Positions 51,572 through 64,000 of a stretch of DNA of 64,000 nucleotides are shown piece by piece. Source of the stretch: Lama glama (taxonomy: Eukaryota); the NCBI GenBank assembly GCA_028534125.1, contig CM052817.1, positions 62,374,001-62,438,000 on the forward strand, written 5' to 3'. How positions within the stretch are numbered: position 1 is the first letter of the stretch; each line of letters starts with the position of its first letter. A program made the position numbers and the translations under genes. The notes beneath the pieces are model-generated. The model had not been told where the DNA came from. It was given only the letters and a program-made list of their open reading frames with translations, and made no database searches.

Positions 51572-51906
51572 TGTGATGGACTGTATAACTAACTACTCAC
51601 AGTATCTCGTGTCCTCCCTGTGGCAGAATTATGCTTCTCTACCTGTTGAACTCAAGTGTGTCCATGCCACTTTCTTTTGCCAGATAAATAAGACTAGTGT
51701 GTGCTGTGCCATGTTTCTTGTTCCCTCTGCCACAGAGGCTCTCAACGTTCTAGGTAGTGGTTGAACTGAAGCCCACGGAGTGAAGATGGTGACAGTGCAG
51801 AGTAGAGCCCCAGCCAATGATCACAAAACAAGAACAAGGTATAAACCTTTATTTATTTAAGCCATTGAGCTTTTCAGGTTATTTTTTATCTTTCTTGACT
51901 GACACA
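51572..51906 (+). mobile_element. MaLR solo LTR (MLT1I-like)
   Basis: TGTGATGG...TTCCCTCTGCCAC...GAGTGAAGATG...GCAGAGTAGAGCCCCAGCCAA...TAAGCCATTGAG...TTGACTGACACA, with TG...CA termini. Confidence 0.75.
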
Positions 51907-52149
51907 CATGCCAAATGTGTTTACCAGTATGTAAGAATGGGACTTTTTCTGCTTCATTTTTGACAGTAGTACCAATTTGAGAGGCCAACAGAAAGAGACA
52001 AGTAACTTGTATAGAATTTCAAATACAATTTCAGCTTCATGCTTTTGAATCCCATATCCACCTGGAGAATGTAAACAATCATTTTTATAGAATGATTTTG
52101 TGACATGATCGATAGAGAGAGAGAGAAGACAGTGGTTGCACTTCTGTGC

Positions 52150-53000
52150 TTTCCCTCTCCATCTCGCACATTTTTGGGGAAGGAGGTTGGGGTGGAGCTA
52201 CCTCCTAGTGCAAAGTATAGCTAGAAAGATTCAAGAAGGGACACTTGGAGACCTTTGAAATGTACTCCTTGAAGTTGGCCGACACAGAGGTTTGGAGCCT
52301 GAATTCTGTCTGTGAAAGTTGGAATGAAGTGCAGATTGGGATCTGACTTTTGCCTGAAAAAATTGGAGGGGGAAAAATGTATTTGGCGGCTAAGTGAGGA
52401 GAGTGCTACTTCACTGGGTGCTACTTCATGGGGTTCTCGAAAGTCCTATAGTTTGAGCAAGATACACTTATATTTCTTGGCCATGAGAGTGAGTCCCCAG
52501 GAGGAAAGAGTCATTGGGAGGATATTGTGTGTTCCACCTAACAGGGCTTCATGGAGGGCAAGAAGACCTCAGCAGAAAGTAGGTGGAGGCCTGGGATGCC
52601 CTGGCATTTCAATGGCCACACAGAGTACAGAACGTTTGCCAAGATTAAAGGAACTTCAGGAGAAAGGGGCTCAACCTGGAACCTGTTAAGGCCCCTTGGA
52701 AGCACATCACAAGAAGAGCCAGCTCTTAATCACCAGCATGGTCAGAGTGCAGAGTTGCCCAGCTAAGTAAGTATTGTTTTACTGTTTACTCTTCTCCTTC
52801 CTCTACATTTTTGAGCTTAAGTGAAATAGCTGCTAGTTTGTTGAGGGACAAGGTGACTAGGAAGAGAGGGTATAGCAAAAGGACCATGCCTCTACCTTTC
52901 CAACGTGGGAAGGGAAGCAGGGCTGCAGTATGTGATTATAGGATTGTGCAGAGTTTACCCCAATATTGATCTTAATTTACTCTAAATCCACTGAGTTGGT
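52150..53000. mobile_element. Possible ancient LTR element (family not assigned)
   Basis: G-rich island against the AT-rich background with LTR-like texture only. No terminus or TSD identified. Confidence 0.3.
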
Positions 53001-54013
53001 GAGATGGAACTAAATTCAGCCAGTATTCCATTGGCAAAGCCCTGGAAGGAACTCTGGCATGGTCAGAAAAAGGGTGCTTTTTCCTGATTTTCACAAAGAC
53101 ACCATTTTAGCTAACAGAGAGACTAGAAAGAAGAATTTTAATGGTAAACTAAGAACAATGCTTTTATTTATATCGTGAAATGGGCATTAGAATTTCCAAA
53201 CTAAGACTCCGTTTTTCACTAACATGACTATAGTATGGTCTGTAAGTAGGCAAACATGTAATTTCCACATGGAAATTGTCATCAGAAGGACAGGCACGAT
53301 TACCACCACTAAATACCAAAGGACAGTGAAAGACAACAATAATATGCAACTTTATTATAATCTGTATTTCATGCTTGCTCAATGCATTGTTTACATGTAA
53401 ACACATAGAGAAAGAGAATGATGAGAGAGAAACATAATTAAATACGCGAATCCTCTATTTTATTGTCCTATTCACTCTTTTTCACATCCTCTCCCTTCCA
53501 CCCACTAAAGAGGCCTTTTAGAATAGTAAGTTACCAAGTTAATGTGATGCTATAGGAAGCAAGTGACCAATAGAACAAAGCTTTGTTGTTGTTGCTGTGT
53601 TTGGTACTTTCTTTTATTGTGTTGGGATGTTTTGTTTTGTTTTTGATGCATTTGTTTTCCTGTGTTTTCTCCAATCTGAAGAATGTAGGAATCCACTATG
53701 TCAGGTTGGAACCACAAACATATCACTCTAGCCTTGATTTCAAGGGATTCCAGCAGGGTGGAATTATGACACGCAGTCCAGAGCAGAGGATTTGCCAAAG
53801 AAAGTAGAATGGAGACCAAGGGAGAAATTGCTCCTAGGTACCCATTCAAGTTAGATGCTGTCCAGATTCCAGCCTGATATCAGTAACTAATTACTTTAAA
53901 CCATCTTCTGGATTCTGCATTTGGCTGTGATCATCTGACTGGTAAGATGTTATTTTGGATATTAAGCCGTAACTACATATTCTTCTCTAATTTTCTGAAA
54001 ATGATACCCTGTG

Positions 54014-54100
54014 GATAGATAGACATATATAGATGGATAGATAGCTACAAATAGATATAGAGAGACATATAAACATAGATAGAGATCTACTCATAGATAT
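54014..54100. repeat. Degenerate (GATA)n/(TA)n tract
   Basis: Visible GATAGATAGA-type units. Confidence 0.8.
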
Positions 54101-55406
54101 TTCTAAGTACTTATCCATATTTGTTTTCTTTATATTTTCTCTACTGTGTAAAGCAGTGTTCTCTTCAGTTCTGTTCACCATTGAGTTTGTAAACATGCTT
54201 TCATGTGCAAAGTCAGCATACATGAATAGAATTCAGTTACTAGCTCGGGTTGCAATCAGCTAAATTTGACCAGTCAGTTTCTCTGGACCCCTACCTATTT
54301 TTAAAAGGTAAATTCTCTGGAGAAGTTTCTAGACTTAATCATGTCTGATGTTTTGAAGTAGAAATTGGTGATCGGAGAAAAAAAATAATATGTGTAGAAG
54401 TGTGAAGAAGTGAAAAGGCTTTATATTTGTGATGGAAGGCGATGCTGAGGAATCCTCAAGGGGCTGAAAAGAGGAAAGGTGGAGATGAATTTGGAAGCAG
54501 AGCATTACTTTACTGTTATTTAGTAGATATGATTTCTGCCTATGGATGGAGGAACCACATTCACATGATCTGTTAGTTTGCTCTTTTAGCTAGTTGCTCA
54601 TCTCTTCTTAAAAACTTGGGTGGCTAACAAGGGCATAGCCAGTGAAGCCTTAGGCAAGAGTCTGGTATGCCTGCAGGCAGTTAACTAGGAATACACATGG
54701 ATCAGTGGTGGAGGGCTGCCATAGATGTGAGGGTGCTACCAATCCAAGTAATGGCTGATAAGGCAGAGTGGACTAGAGACCATCCAGGCTTATGTCATTA
54801 ACCTTGGCATTCAACCTGGGGAGTTGGGGGATGGGACTTTGTGGCAGGAATTTCCTAATAACAGTGAAAAGTTGGGTAGCCAACACCTTTTCTTTTATTT
54901 CAGGAACTTTACTCCTGTTCAGAGCAGACCCAGAGGCATTGAATATAGGTACAATAAATGATCCCTATAGAAAAACTGAGACAAGAGTTGTGAAAATCAT
55001 AGCCAAAAAATGTAAGCTTCACAGGAAGGTTCTTGTCCCAGCAGGAGAACTGAAATATAAAGCACTGAATAGGAAGAAACCTACTCCTCTGGCCAAGTCC
55101 TCATGACCGGGAGGATGTGAGAAAGGAGGTTGGATGACAAAACACTGCAATTGCTGGGTTTGGAGTAGCTTGGGCTTGTGAGATTGTCATTTCTATCCAC
55201 TCTCTAATGTCCTGAGCATGAATACAATTGCTTCTGAAAATTGAGGACAGAGGCTGAAATTTGAAAATTATGAGTGAATGAATTTTTCCAATACCTAGAG
55301 TTGAGCAGGTCTATGAAAAGAAGGGAGATACAGGACATACAAGGATGGAACAAAAAAGAAAGTTGGAAAGATCCAAGGACATGTTTCTTATACTTCACAA
55401 TGGAAG

Positions 55407-55439
55407 GCGCGTGCGCACACACACACACACACACACACA
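55407..55439. repeat. GCGCGTGCGC(AC)n alternating purine-pyrimidine microsatellite
   Basis: Directly visible. Confidence 0.95.
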
Positions 55440-56996
55440 AACCCAAAATAAAAAACAAACACAAAAAACCCAATTCATACAAATCCCTAACCAAAATCTT
55501 AAACATTGAACTTTGAAATTCTCTGGGGAAAAAAAAAATCCCTAAATGCACCTTTCTCTAATGAAGTACAGATTCTCATTCCTAACTCCAGTCTAGAAAA
55601 GGGGCATGGTGGGAGAGCAAGTTTCCTTCTAGCATTACTTAAACATCCCCAGTAGACAATTCCACGCACTGACCTGGGAACTAAAAAAGCAGACCTTTCC
55701 TTATTACTTCACTATTGGACTCAGCAGCAGACTGACTTAAAGTAGACAAGCACTTTCTCCTTTATCCTTCACCAAGTAGCCAAGGGACACTTTAAAGCAA
55801 TAAGCTCATGGTAAGTACCAGGCATTTTGAAATCAGACATGAGTGTCTTAGAGGCTATCTGTATTCCAAATTGTTGCTCTACATATTAAAAATGCTTTAC
55901 ATTTACACTAAAAATTTTTTTTCAGCAATATGGTCCTTTTAAAATTTTTGAGCAAAAATATAGCAACAACAACAGCAAACCAAAGAGCGTAAGACCTACT
56001 TCAGTCCAATATTCTTAATCTTTGACCCTTCAAGAACTGAATGTGCTTTTAAACTTGGAAGATATTTTCCCCACTGTTTATGCTAAATGTCACTGTAATT
56101 ATAACCATTTCAAACTTACTCCTATAATTCTTTCTGCAAGATATACAATTAGAATAAAGTGGTAATCTAAACAGTGAAAGTAAAATGGAAACCTGCAATT
56201 ATGTAGTCAGACTTTTCTCATGTTAGAACAGAGTGAACAAAGGCATTATTTAATTAGAATACCACATGCCACAATCCATGAGGAAAACCAAGTGCAACAT
56301 ATGTACAGAAGATAGAAGATGATATTAAAGGCAGAACCACATGTCTAATACCTGACATTATATATGAACATGAATTATACCCGCAAAGATATATTCCTAT
56401 TCTTGGTGGTAACCATTAGAGACTGTATTCCATGTACATTATTTTTGAAACATAGCAGGGGGAAAAACAAATGCTGCGTGCATTGAAGAGCTGGACACAA
56501 GTTCCCTGGGACATGGTCTGATCCAGAGCCTGTTATATTACACCCAGCCCACGTTGTTCTTATAATCAGTTCCTTTGAGCACTGGAGATTACAAACGCTG
56601 ATTGCAACCCCATCTTAAAATGTCTTTTGTAGCTCCTTCACCCAAATCAAGAGTAACATATTGAGAATTAAATAATACTAAAAGGGAAACAGTCATTTTC
56701 AATCCTATTAACAATACTTACCTATAGGAATAAGGCCTGCAACTTTAAATATTAAAAAGCAATAATGCAAGTACTTAGTTTAAAAATGCTAATGTTTTCA
56801 CTGAATACATTAGCTGGCATTCTATCTGATATTATTAAGTTATCATTATAAGTGAGTTTGATGATTACAACTTCCTGATTATCTGCAGGAAAGTCTGACC
56901 AAACTACTGGCAATATGTAGTTAATGTTTATTTAATAAGTAAATAGAATATATTCAGTTTCTAAAATTACCATACTTTTACTATAAAATAAAGAAT

Positions 56997-58167
56997 TGAT
57001 GGCTTAAAGATGTAACTCTAAGAAGACACTATTAAACCTAGAAGAAAACAGGCAAAACATTATGTGACATAAATCTTAGCAATGTTCTTCTAGGACAGTC
57101 TACTCAGGCAATAGAAATAAAAGCAAAAATAAACAAAATGGGACCTAATTAAACTTACAAGCTTTTACACAGCAGAGGAAACCATATGTAAACCAAAATG
57201 ACAACCTACAGAATGGGAGAAAATATTTGCAAATAATGCAACTGACAAAGGTTTAATTTCCAGAATATATAAATAGCTCATACAACTTAATAACAAAAAA
57301 ACAAACAACCCAATCCAAAAATGGGCAAAAGACCTAAACAAGCATTTCTCCAATGAAGACATACAAATGGTCAATAGGCACATGAAAAAATGCTCAATAT
57401 CATTAATTATCAGAGAATGCAAATCAAAACTACAGTGAGGTATCACCTCACAGCAGTCAGAATGGCCATCATTCAAAAGTCCACAAACTATAAATGCTGG
57501 AGAAGGTATGGAGAAAAGGGAACCCACCTACAGTGTTGGTGGGAATGTAGTTTGGTGCAGCTGTTATGGAAAACAATGTGAAGATGCCTCAAAAAACAAA
57601 AAATAGATTTACCGTATGATCCAGCAGTCCCACTCCTGGGCACATACCTGGAGGGAACTCTAATTCAAAAAGATACATGTACCCTGATGTTCATAGCAGC
57701 ACTATAAACAATAGCCAAGACATGGAAGTAACCTAAATGTCCATCAACAGATGACTGGATAAAGAAGCTGTGGTATATTTATACAATGGAATACTACTCG
57801 GTGATAAAAAAGAATAAATAATGCCATTTGCAGCAACACAGACGGACCTGGAGATTGTCGTTCTAAGTGAAGTAAGGTAGAAAGAGAAAGAAAAATACCA
57901 TATGATATCCCTCATATGTGGAATGTAAAAAAAAATAAAAGAGGACACTAATGAACTCATCTATAAAACAGAAACAGATTTGCAGACATAGTAAACAATC
58001 TTGTGGTTACCAGGGGAAAGGAGGTGGGGAGGGATAAATTTAGGAGTTTGAGATATTTAAATGTTAACCACTGTATATAAATATAGATAAAAACCTTATT
58101 TCTTCTGTATAGCACAAGGAACTATATTCAATATCTTATAATAACCTTTAATGACAAAGAATATGAA

Positions 58168-58205
<38 letters not shown>

Positions 58206-58276
58206 GATGATTGGGACATTATGCTGTACACCAGAATTGACACATTGTAACTAACTATACTTCAATTTAAAAAAAA
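56997..58276 (+). mobile_element. Lineage-specific 5'-truncated L1 (ORF2 C-terminus, artiodactyl/camelid-type 3' UTR, poly(A))
   Basis: Translation [38 protein letters not shown] matches the L1 ORF2 cysteine-rich domain. 3' UTR has CTGTATAGCACAAGGAACTATATTCAATATCTT and ends ATTGACACATTGTAACTAACTATACTTCAATT(A)n. Probable TSD ending AAAGAAT on both sides; internal (TA)n at ~58173-58200. Confidence 0.95.
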
Positions 58277-60219
58277 GAATACATATATATGAGTATAAGG
58301 AGTAAAAATGGACAAATCATACTCAATATATTGATGAGGAGAATCTTGTCTATTAAGAAAGCTTAGTATTATTACTCTTGTATATTCTGATGAACATCTC
58401 TTTTAAAGCCATTTTGCATCTGAATAACCTCTTTTTTTTTTTTTTTTTTTTTTTACTCTCCCTCTAAACCGAAAAATCCTTCTTAGAATAGTTCTTGGCA
58501 TATAGGAAGTGTTCACATTGGTAGCTCTAATTAATAAGTAAGGTGGAGAGAACTTATTAAAAAATCCATCCCCACTTGAAAATGTAGTAGTTGGAGGTCA
58601 AAGCTATGGTGTTTGTTACTCTTACTGAAAAAATAAATTAACAAATTATTTTATTGTCCTCTAAGTTCCTTTCTGTTAAATAGTAACAAAGTATAGCTCT
58701 CAGCATATTTTTAGCACAGATCTGTAAGTACGATAGTAAATTGTTTTTAATTGTTATTAATTTATCTTTTGTACTTAAGGTTCACTGTAAGCAATAATTT
58801 AAACGTACTTCTTAAAATGAACTTTTGTCACTGTTCTGCTCAAACTTTCTAGTGGCCCCAGCTTATTGAAAATAAAATCCAAAGTCTTTGCAGTCTACAA
58901 CACCTCTCTGATTACATCTCCTTCCATATAACATCGTCCCAATAAATATTGTTGAGTGAATTAACTGTTGAATATATTCTATTTTCAGCATTCTCAGGAA
59001 GCAATGTATGGAATCGCATCCAAGCATTCCTCAGATAAAATGATGATTGCTTATATTCTCCATGGATCTCATTTACTGCTGGTTTCAGCCAGCTATTTAG
59101 CATGATGTAGTCTTAGATATTTCCTTTGCAATACAAAAATCATCTCAAAGAATTCCAAAATACATGTTTTGTAAAGTTTCTATGTGCGGTGTAATTACTA
59201 TGGAGAAAGCATATGTTGAAAAAAATATTTTAAGTTAAGTTTAGAGCCTAAATTTACTGCAGAATTATGTGTTTGGTTTCCTAGAAACTAATATAATTAA
59301 TACTGAGGCTATGTCAGGTATTTATTTGAAATCAGCTTTGTACACTTTGCAAAATCCTTTAGTCTATCTAATCACTTAGGAGTGAAAAGATGAACCTGAA
59401 ACTATAAGAGGAATATTATAGACAGTTGGAATAAGTTTAGTTAAATGGAGGAAAAAAATTAACCTTGAGTTTGCTATGGTTTACCAGATATACTGAAATT
59501 ATAGTCCCTCCATTGAACATAATGACTTCATTCTACAAGCAGCATTAAATGGGACTTTTCCATACATATTGTATAAAGGTATATATTGTTACTTGGTTAA
59601 TCACCATCTCTTGTCTTAAAATGGACTTTCCATCATTAAATGTTTAAATGAAGGGGTGTGAAATTTCCAGTCTATTTCTTCGCACTTTTTGGAGTAATTA
59701 TGTCTTTTATGATTTCCTTCTTCCTTTTTTTTGTCAGCACTTAAGTTCTTTTATAAAAAGGACCTGTCCTCAGGGTGGGAGTGTAGACATGCACAATTAA
59801 AACAAATCTTTGTTACTTTACTGTTAGTTAATTAACTGAACACCATCATCAGCAGATCTATCACGATTTCTCTCCTGAAGTTTTGAAGACTAAGCAGTGT
59901 GAGAACGAGGTTCTTGTGCAGTGTATGTGGTATGGAACAGTTGGATTTATTTTCATCTCATATGCAGTAACATGGTGTGAAAATCAGTAAGGAGTGAAGG
60001 CATGGGTAATTAAAAGATGCTTTGTTTTCGTTTTGTAAGAAATGCCTTTACTCTGTTTGCAAAAAAAAATCCCTTCAAAACAAACAAGTCAGCAAAAAGC
60101 CATACATACACACAAAAGATAAAAATCGTGTGAATTAGTTTGGTACTCAAGTTAGTGAAAACACTGAGTATTAATTCAAAATGAGCCTATTGTGAATGAG
60201 AATCATGCAATAAAATGAT

Positions 60220-60510
60220 TGACTTTAAAACAAAATCCTCAACATGCCATTCCCTTATTAAGCCCCTGCAAGTGGTTTACCCTAATAAAGAAGATGTGGG
60301 TTCCTAACAGCACTTCCCCCGCTGTCTGAACTCCCATCTCAAAGGTGTTTGTTAAGTTCTTTGATACGTCATGCTCCTCCTGGCCTCAGGGACATCCAAC
60401 ATGTTGTTTCCTCTACTTGAAAAGCAGTTACTTGTCTCCACTAATCTAATTTCGACTCATATTTCACAATTCAGAGTGGAGTCTTCTCCTGTGAGAATTC
60501 CTCTGGATCA
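60220..60510 (+). mobile_element. L2 fragment
   Basis: CATGCTCCTCCTGGCCTCAGGGACAT...TGTTTCCTCTACTTG and GTCTTCTCCTGTGAGAATTCCTCTGGATC resemble the L2 3' region. Confidence 0.55.
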
Positions 60511-60514
60511 CCTG

Positions 60515-60720
60515 CAGCAGGTGGTGGTGCAGATGGGGAAGATGTCACCACTTAATAATATTTAAGAACATATAGAAGCATTTTTTATACTGACTGATGG
60601 ATGGAGCATTGCTCCTTTTTAGTGCGCAGGGACCAGGATGCTTAAAGATCCACAATGTGAAGTCAGTTTTGCACACTAAAATACTGTTCCTCTCAAAATA
60701 GAAATAGTTGAGAAATAGTG
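60515..60720. mobile_element. MER20/MER20B-type hAT element
   Basis: TAGTGCGCAGGGACCAGGATGCTTAAAGATCCACAATGTG...CTCAAAATAGAAATAGTTGAGAAA. Confidence 0.6.
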
Positions 60721-62124
60721 ATTGAGAGAATAGATCAAGTCCTTTATTAAAATTTCTATTACTTCTCTGATCTCTACATTTATTGGAATTTTAAGTAAAA
60801 AACTTTATTAGTTATTTAATATTAGCCCAAATAAAATTATCAGACAAAGTGCAGGAATCTTTATTTCTGATGTGTTCTTCTAAGTAAAGAGAATTAAAGA
60901 AGTATAACATTTCTGACCCCTGATTCAACACTCAGAATGCTCCCTCATTCTCCCTTATGGGAGGGGAAAGGGTCATTTGATTTGTAAATTTGGAAAAAAT
61001 TACCCAGGGATCCTGTTTAGTTTGCTTCCTCCATGAGGAATGAGCTGCCAAGAATCCTGCTCTGTACTGCAAGTGTGTTGGTGGGTAATTCTGCCTAATT
61101 GTGGAGGATAATCTACAAACCCATTTACTTTTCTCACAAAACTGCATCTTCCATCAATAATAAGAATGATGTTCCACTCTGAATTCAGGACCAAGAAAGA
61201 AGATGTAGAGGAACAGTTGGAAACTACTCAGATCATTTCTGGGTGTGGGTCAGGATGATTTAGTCATTGTAACTTGTCCTGCAGGTTTTTCCCATGCTCT
61301 GGTAGATCATCCCCCAAAACTTTATGGACGTCAAAAATGGAGAAATGGCAAAGTCAGCAGAAGCAAAAGCCTGTGGAATTATTCCTCCCAACCCCAGAGG
61401 CCCAGATTTCAAAAGCTTCAACGGCAGCTTTGGTTTAGAAAGGGCAGCAGCAACAGGGCACAGGACTAAATTGCTGATTCACAAGAAATGGTGGTAACTG
61501 TATTTCTAGACAAACCTCACCTGGAATGCTGCACCAAGAGTTCAGGACTCAAAGCTTAAAGAAAATGGACATTAAAAATTTTTGGAATATATCAATTTAG
61601 AGAAAAAAAGCAAAATAGTATGATCATGTGAACGAGTCTATCACCACTTTGAAATTCTCAAGAGCCACTGTCTGGGAGAGGATACAGCAGACAAAGAAGT
61701 CTTCTACTGTCCGACTCCCCTGATGTGTTAAATGTATAGTACCAAAATTTATCCCTTTCTAGAGGTTTCTCCTAATTTAGTTCAAGGTCACAGATCTTAA
61801 TTCTGTAAAAGTTACTAACATTCTGATGAGGCTAAACTTAAATACTGTTCTCTACTTATCCCATTTCTTAAACTTTCTTTACGAACCTCGTTATTTTTGG
61901 CCAAAATTGAGAGAAAAATTTTTCACTTTGTCTTCTTTTATGTTTGAGCTTTGTGATCACAGTTTCTTATTGTCTTCTTTCAGTCTCTTGCAAATCCTCT
62001 GATATGGCATATAAGAAAGATGACTGGACATCATTTGGGATGAGCGAATTTTTAGCCTTGGTAACAGACTAGACTTTAGTGTTAATTTGTTCGGTGACAA
62101 ACTAAAGTTATCTATACAAAAATC

Positions 62125-62500
62125 CATTCTCCTCTTCTTCTTTAGTAATTGTATCCTGTATTTTATCTATGTGCCTAATGGAAAGACCGTTCTCTGGCTT
62201 CCCCAATATTCATTAAATATGGCCTTGTCACTAATTAAGGGCCAATGAATGTAAGCAGAAATGTGTGTAATTTCAAGGAAAATTCCTTAGAAGATATCTG
62301 GCATGTACCTTTCACCTAGTTTTTGTTGTTCTTTCTTGTTCTCTCTCCATATTGCTCCCTGAAAAGTAGATGTGATGGCTGGAGATCTAGCAGCCACTTT
62401 GAGGAATGAAAACAAGGGCTACATGCCAGGGATGGATAAGCAGAAACCCGGAAGGAGCCTGAGTTCCCGATGAGTTTTCTACTTGAGAGGATGGAAGTTT
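62125..62500 (+). mobile_element. MaLR LTR (MLT1J-like)
   Basis: GGCCAATGAATGTAAGCAGAAATG, GATGTGATGGCTGGAGATCTAGCAGCCACTTTG and GGAAGGAGCCTGAGTTCCCGATGA. Confidence 0.75.
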
Positions 62501-62512
62501 TTATATACAAGG

Positions 62513-62675
62513 GTATTAGGGTTCTTCAAAGAAACTGAACCAGAGGATAGATATAAATATAGGATATCAATACAAGGAGATTTAATATAGGAGTTGGTCC
62601 ACAAGGTTGTAGAAGCTGAGAAGTTCCCACCATCTGCCATCTGTTAACTGGAGTATCAGGGAAGTCAATGGTGTT
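62513..62675 (-). mobile_element. MLT2 LTR fragment
   Basis: GTATTAGGGTTCTTCAAAGAAACTGAACCA...GAAGCTGAGAAGTTCCCACCATCTGCCATCTG. Confidence 0.8.
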
Positions 62676-62949
62676 TTTTAAATGTTTCTTGGCACTTTCT
62701 TTTTATATGAATTGTATGAATGAATGAGTGTATGTATGAATCTTTCACTATATTCCTTTTCATTATTTTTCTTTTTAAATTTGTTCTTTGTATACTAATA
62801 TAATTAGTTCTTTAAATCTCATTATTGCACATACTTTTCTTTCTTAGTGACTTTTTACTTCATATTTTTCATGGAATTAAACTTAATTATTTGGTCATAT
62901 TTATTAGCTTTTTTCCCCTTCTTTGTTGTTTCTAGGTTTTATGTCATCC

Positions 62950-63940
62950 TAATTTCCCTACTTACCACAATTTCTTCTAGAATTCTTATATTATTATTTC
63001 ATTGATTAATTTGTTATAGTTAGTATTTGGATCACTCTGGAGTTGGTTTTTGTATAATAGCATGTTAAGTTGACAATTTCATTTTGTAATTAAAAAAAAA
63101 TTTTGTGTAAGTGTAGAGTCATTTGCCCAACACCATGTTCCAGCATTCTTATTTCTTTATGGATAGTATTTCATATTTTTCATATACTAAGTCCCTATAT
63201 ATATGTGTACATACATACATATATATATATACTTCCATTTTTCACAGTATCTTGAATAATTGGTCTTTCACTCTATAAAGACCAAACTCTTTAATTACTT
63301 GTCATTTTAAAAATATTTTAATATATTTTAGAGACAACTTGTCATTAATAATCTTTTTTGGCACATTCCTGGAAATTTTCCTTTGTTTATTTTTTTACGT
63401 AAACTTTACTCCTGTTTCCTTATCTCCCTTCTCAACCACTCAAGAAAATAGTGTTATTTTGCTTTAGATAACATTTATCTAATTTAGAAGAACTGACATA
63501 GTTAAAATAATGTCTTCTTACCCATTAATCAGATGTATATTTCCATTTTTTGTAATTATTTTTAATGTTCTTTTGTTAGAATTTTAGGATTCTTCATATA
63601 AGGATGTTTCTCACTAAACATTTCCCATTTATTTTGTTAATATTGTAAAAGGTAGCCTTTCTTCATTTGTATTTTTAAATACAAAATAATATAAAAGCTG
63701 CTATGTGGAATTTGACACAACACTGTAAAATGATTATGAATCAATAAAAAATGTAAAAAAATAAATAAAAAAATAAAGTAAAATTAGCTTCTGAATATGA
63801 AAAAAAGCTGCTATGTTTCTATATGCTCATTTCATAACTAACATTTGAATTTATTATTTTTCAAAAATTGTTTGATTCTTTCTTTTGTGTTTTCCAGCTA
63901 TAAAATTTTAGAAGAATAGTAATTTGCAAGTATAAATGTC
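62950..63940 (-). mobile_element. Highly diverged L1 ORF2 fragment
   Basis: T-rich antisense L1 motifs (ATCACTCTGGAGTTGGTTTTTGTATA, TAATTTAGAAGAACTGACAT, TTGATTCTTTCTTTTGTGTTTTCC). Confidence 0.65.
63707..63802 (+). mobile_element. Very short L1 3'-end insertion with 14-bp TSD
   Basis: GAATTTGACACAACACTGTAAAATGATTATGAATCAATAAAAAA resembles the 3' terminus of the L1 at 58230-58276. Flanked by a perfect AAAAGCTGCTATGT at 63693-63706 and 63803-63816. Confidence 0.85.
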
Positions 63941-64000
63941 TGTCTTCTACTCCTCCATCCACGATTCACAGAATTCGCAACCAGCACTACCTGCCAATGC

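Noticed and set aside
52312..52766. 125-aa and 71-aa ORFs in a G-rich island
   Set aside because: No recognisable homology. Higher GC lowers stop frequency, and the island is probably LTR-derived.
57165..57960. 120-aa and 75-aa minus-strand ORFs
   Set aside because: Antisense translations of L1 ORF2 and 3' UTR, a common source of spurious ORFs.
63945..64000. CpG-containing, compositionally distinct last ~55 nt
   Set aside because: Too short and cut by the window edge to identify. A fleeting IHRIR resemblance to RPS20 does not extend.
1..64000. CRISPR array, operon-like or other novel multi-gene system
   Set aside because: The sequence is repeat-rich mammalian non-coding DNA. I saw no regularly spaced repeat-spacer array, no long ORFs and no CpG-island promoter.

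Overview
AT-rich, CpG-depleted mammalian genomic DNA with no CpG island and one 500-N assembly gap. It is most likely camelid (alpaca/camel), judged from a tRNA-Ala-derived vic-1-type SINE and artiodactyl-type L1 3' ends. The window is intergenic or deep intronic. I recognise no intact protein-coding gene, rRNA, functional tRNA or CRISPR array. The ORF-track ORFs are chance ORFs, simple-repeat artefacts or fragments of decayed transposon ORFs (Tigger1 transposase, L1 ORF2, ERVL pro/pol). Much of the sequence is interspersed repeats: a near-full-length Tigger1, old and lineage-specific L1s, L2, MIR, MaLR/ERVL solo LTRs (MLT1, MLT2, MER21, LTR16, LTR33-like), an ERVL pro-pol fossil, and MER5/MER20-type DNA elements. 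Repeat families and subfamilies were recognised by eye from remembered consensus sequences, so boundaries are approximate unless a target-site duplication (TSD) is given. I found no convincing novel biological system. The best leads are modest: a tiny L1 insertion carrying a probable 3' transduction, an ERVL fossil antisense to its flanking MLT2 pieces, two candidate splice-bounded exons, a 299-nt homopyrimidine tract and several non-repetitive islands that may be conserved non-coding elements.
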